Shown piece after piece: positions 62,101 to 64,000 of a stretch of 64,000 nt of DNA. A model generated the notes under the pieces. The model made no database searches, was not told the origin of the DNA, and saw nothing but the letters and a program-made list of their open reading frames with translations. The stretch spans positions 3,991,922-4,055,921 of the forward strand of contig MU053482.1 in assembly GCA_013239625.1 (NCBI GenBank), given 5' to 3'. The stretch's first letter is position 1, and each line of letters starts with the position of its first letter. The stretch is from Lama guanicoe (lineage: Eukaryota). The position numbers and the translations under genes are program-made.

Positions 62101-63677
62101 CTGGCCTGTGACTTTCCCCCAGACACTGAGCGTGGTCCCGGTGAGCACAGCAGGTGAGCAGACACTGAACTTCAGCCCCCTTCCCAGACAGCGAGGGGGA
62201 GGGGCCCAGAGCCCAGAGAGGGCAGGGCTGAGGAAAGCATGCCTACAGCAGGGGCTGACGCCACAGTGGCTGGAGGGGCCATGCAGTTTGGGCAGAAGAC
62301 AGCAGTGACGGGTTTTGGTCCATGGGGTAGGCATGGCGCAGTGGGTAGGTGGCCTCTTGGCAGTAGTACCCCAGCCAATGGCGGACTTCAGAGCACCAGC
62401 CTAGTGGACTGAGGTTCAAGGAAAGGCTCAGTCGCAGCTGGGAGTGAGACTTCTAGAGCAGCACAGGGGAATGCGGTGAAAGGTCAGGGTGGAAAGGTCA
62501 AACATGTAACCCGTGTACGTGCTGCTTCTCTCTCCTGTCATCCACTGGTGCTCTTGCCTGTGGAAGCCAGAGCCTCAGAATCTTTCCTAACACACCAGTC
62601 CAGGCAGCCAAGACCTACCAAACGCACTCAGATGGATGGACCCAGGTTGCTAGTCCAGCACTGCAAAGCCAGGGCCCATCTCAGCTCTTGTAGGGCTTTG
62701 ATTGGGACCAACTCCCGGCTGCCACATGCTGGTCAGGAGGGGCTGAGGCTCTGGAAGGAGGCCTGAGTCTTGGTGACCCTAGAGGAGCTGGACAGCGGGG
62801 GGAGGGCAAGGCTGCCGCCGTCCTCAAGGGACCCAGGCTGTGAGCGAGGAGCCCTCTCTCCCTCCCCTCTCTTTCACACCAACACAAGAGATAGTTCATG
62901 GGAAAGGACGTGCATGGTGAATTTCAACGTGGGGGGCATTCAGAGACTGGGGGCGGGAGGGAGCTGGGGAGACGGGAGAGGCGGTCACGTGGCCGGGGGC
63001 CTCCAGAGCGGGGCGAGGCCGAGGGTGTGTGCTGGTTATTCTCTCTCTCCATTCTCTGTGCATCAAGGCTCCTTGGAACCCTGCCTCCAGTTAGGTTTGG
63101 CCAAAGGTAGGCTTTGGTAGAATGTCAGACAGCAGGAGGAAGGAGAAAGGAGGTGTTTTCCCCAAGTCTCAGTCCTGCCCCTGAAGGCTCCTCCCTGCTG
63201 GGCTCTGGGGGTTCCTCCCTTTGGCTGAGGACCCTGTTGGGAGGCCCCCTTCCAGGGCTGCAGCTGTCACTGAGGTTTGGAAGCACCCCTCCTTCTGCCC
63301 ATCAGCTCTAGGAGTGGGAACAGCTTCTTCAGTTACCTGCCCCCACCACCCGAGGGCGCACCTGGTCCAGCCCAGGGCCTGACTCACACGCTGAGCACAG
63401 ATGAGGCTTTTCTGCCCTAGGAGGGAAAGGGGTCAGGTTATACCAGGGGCATTTCCACGGTCAGGAACTGAACATGGACCAGGTGTGAGTAGAACGTCTT
63501 AGAGGAGCAGGAAATGTTGGGGAAGATAATTTCTGTGCTTCTCCTTGCTTTGGGGATCACTTCCTTAGAGTCCCCTTTTAGTAGTTCAGTCCCTTTTGGA
63601 AACCTCGGGTGCCTCACCAAGGAACCTGGGGATGGGATTTGGGTGCACACTTCAGACAGAGCACAAAGGGAGCATAG

Positions 63678-63695
63678 TGCGCCCCCTAGGGGCTA
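63678..63695 (-). promoter_or_regulatory. Candidate CTCF binding site
   Basis: gcgccccctagggg (63679-63692) differs at one position from the reverse-strand core GCGCCCCCTAGTGG; CpG retained. Confidence 0.4.
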
Positions 63696-63904
63696 TTGTG
63701 AAGGTGGCAGAAGCAGGAAGTGAACGGTCCCCAAGAGGAGGAAAGGGGAGGGATAGGGGACGGGGAGGGGCCCAGGGGAAACAGAATCTGGTCCACTTGG
63801 TTCAGCTGCCTCCTTCACCAGGAGTGGCTCCTCCTGGGAGAAAGTTCTGTGCTGTGGGCTGGATTCTGGATGTTTTCTACAAAAATGCTTTGTCAAAAGC
63901 AGCA

Positions 63905-64000
63905 TCTGCTCTATAATTTGCTGGGTGGGCCCAGCACAAAATAAAAATTCAGAGCCCCTTGACTAGAAATTAATAAGAATTTCAGGATGATGACACCAGA
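63905..64000 (-). mobile_element. MER45A hAT-Tip100 element, running off the window
   Basis: ataatttgctgggtgggcccagcacaaaataaaaattcagagccccttg...aaattaataagaatttcaggatgatgacaccaga. Confidence 0.8.

Overview
Mammalian genomic DNA, very probably camelid: two tRNA-Ala-derived SINEs of the camelid Vic-1 type sit at 45.8-46.2 kb. A large share of the window is interspersed repeat. There are many ancient MIR and L2 copies, old L1M fragments, MaLR/ERVL LTRs (MLT1, MLT2, LTR33) and hAT/Tigger fossils (MER5, MER45, MER58, MER103C, MER2). Younger insertions are a 3.4-kb 5'-truncated L1 (19.05-22.48 kb, minus) and two ERV1-type solo LTRs with intact 4-bp TSDs (33.0 and 35.7 kb). I recognise no known protein-coding gene, and almost all supplied ORFs are chance or L1-derived. 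Two unidentified groups of exon-like segments face each other. On the plus strand, a candidate terminal exon (15287-15493) has a splice acceptor, a stop and a downstream AATAAA. On the minus strand, a cluster at 51-54 kb includes a 478-nt open exon joined in phase to the next exon by a 104-nt GT-AG intron. Other points of interest are a 145-bp local templated duplication across 15 kb, an inverted SINE pair, nested transposons, and several repeat-free islands rich in homeodomain motifs that look like developmental enhancers. No exciting new system can be demonstrated from the sequence alone. Repeat names come from my recall of consensus sequences, and boundaries are approximate unless TSDs are quoted.
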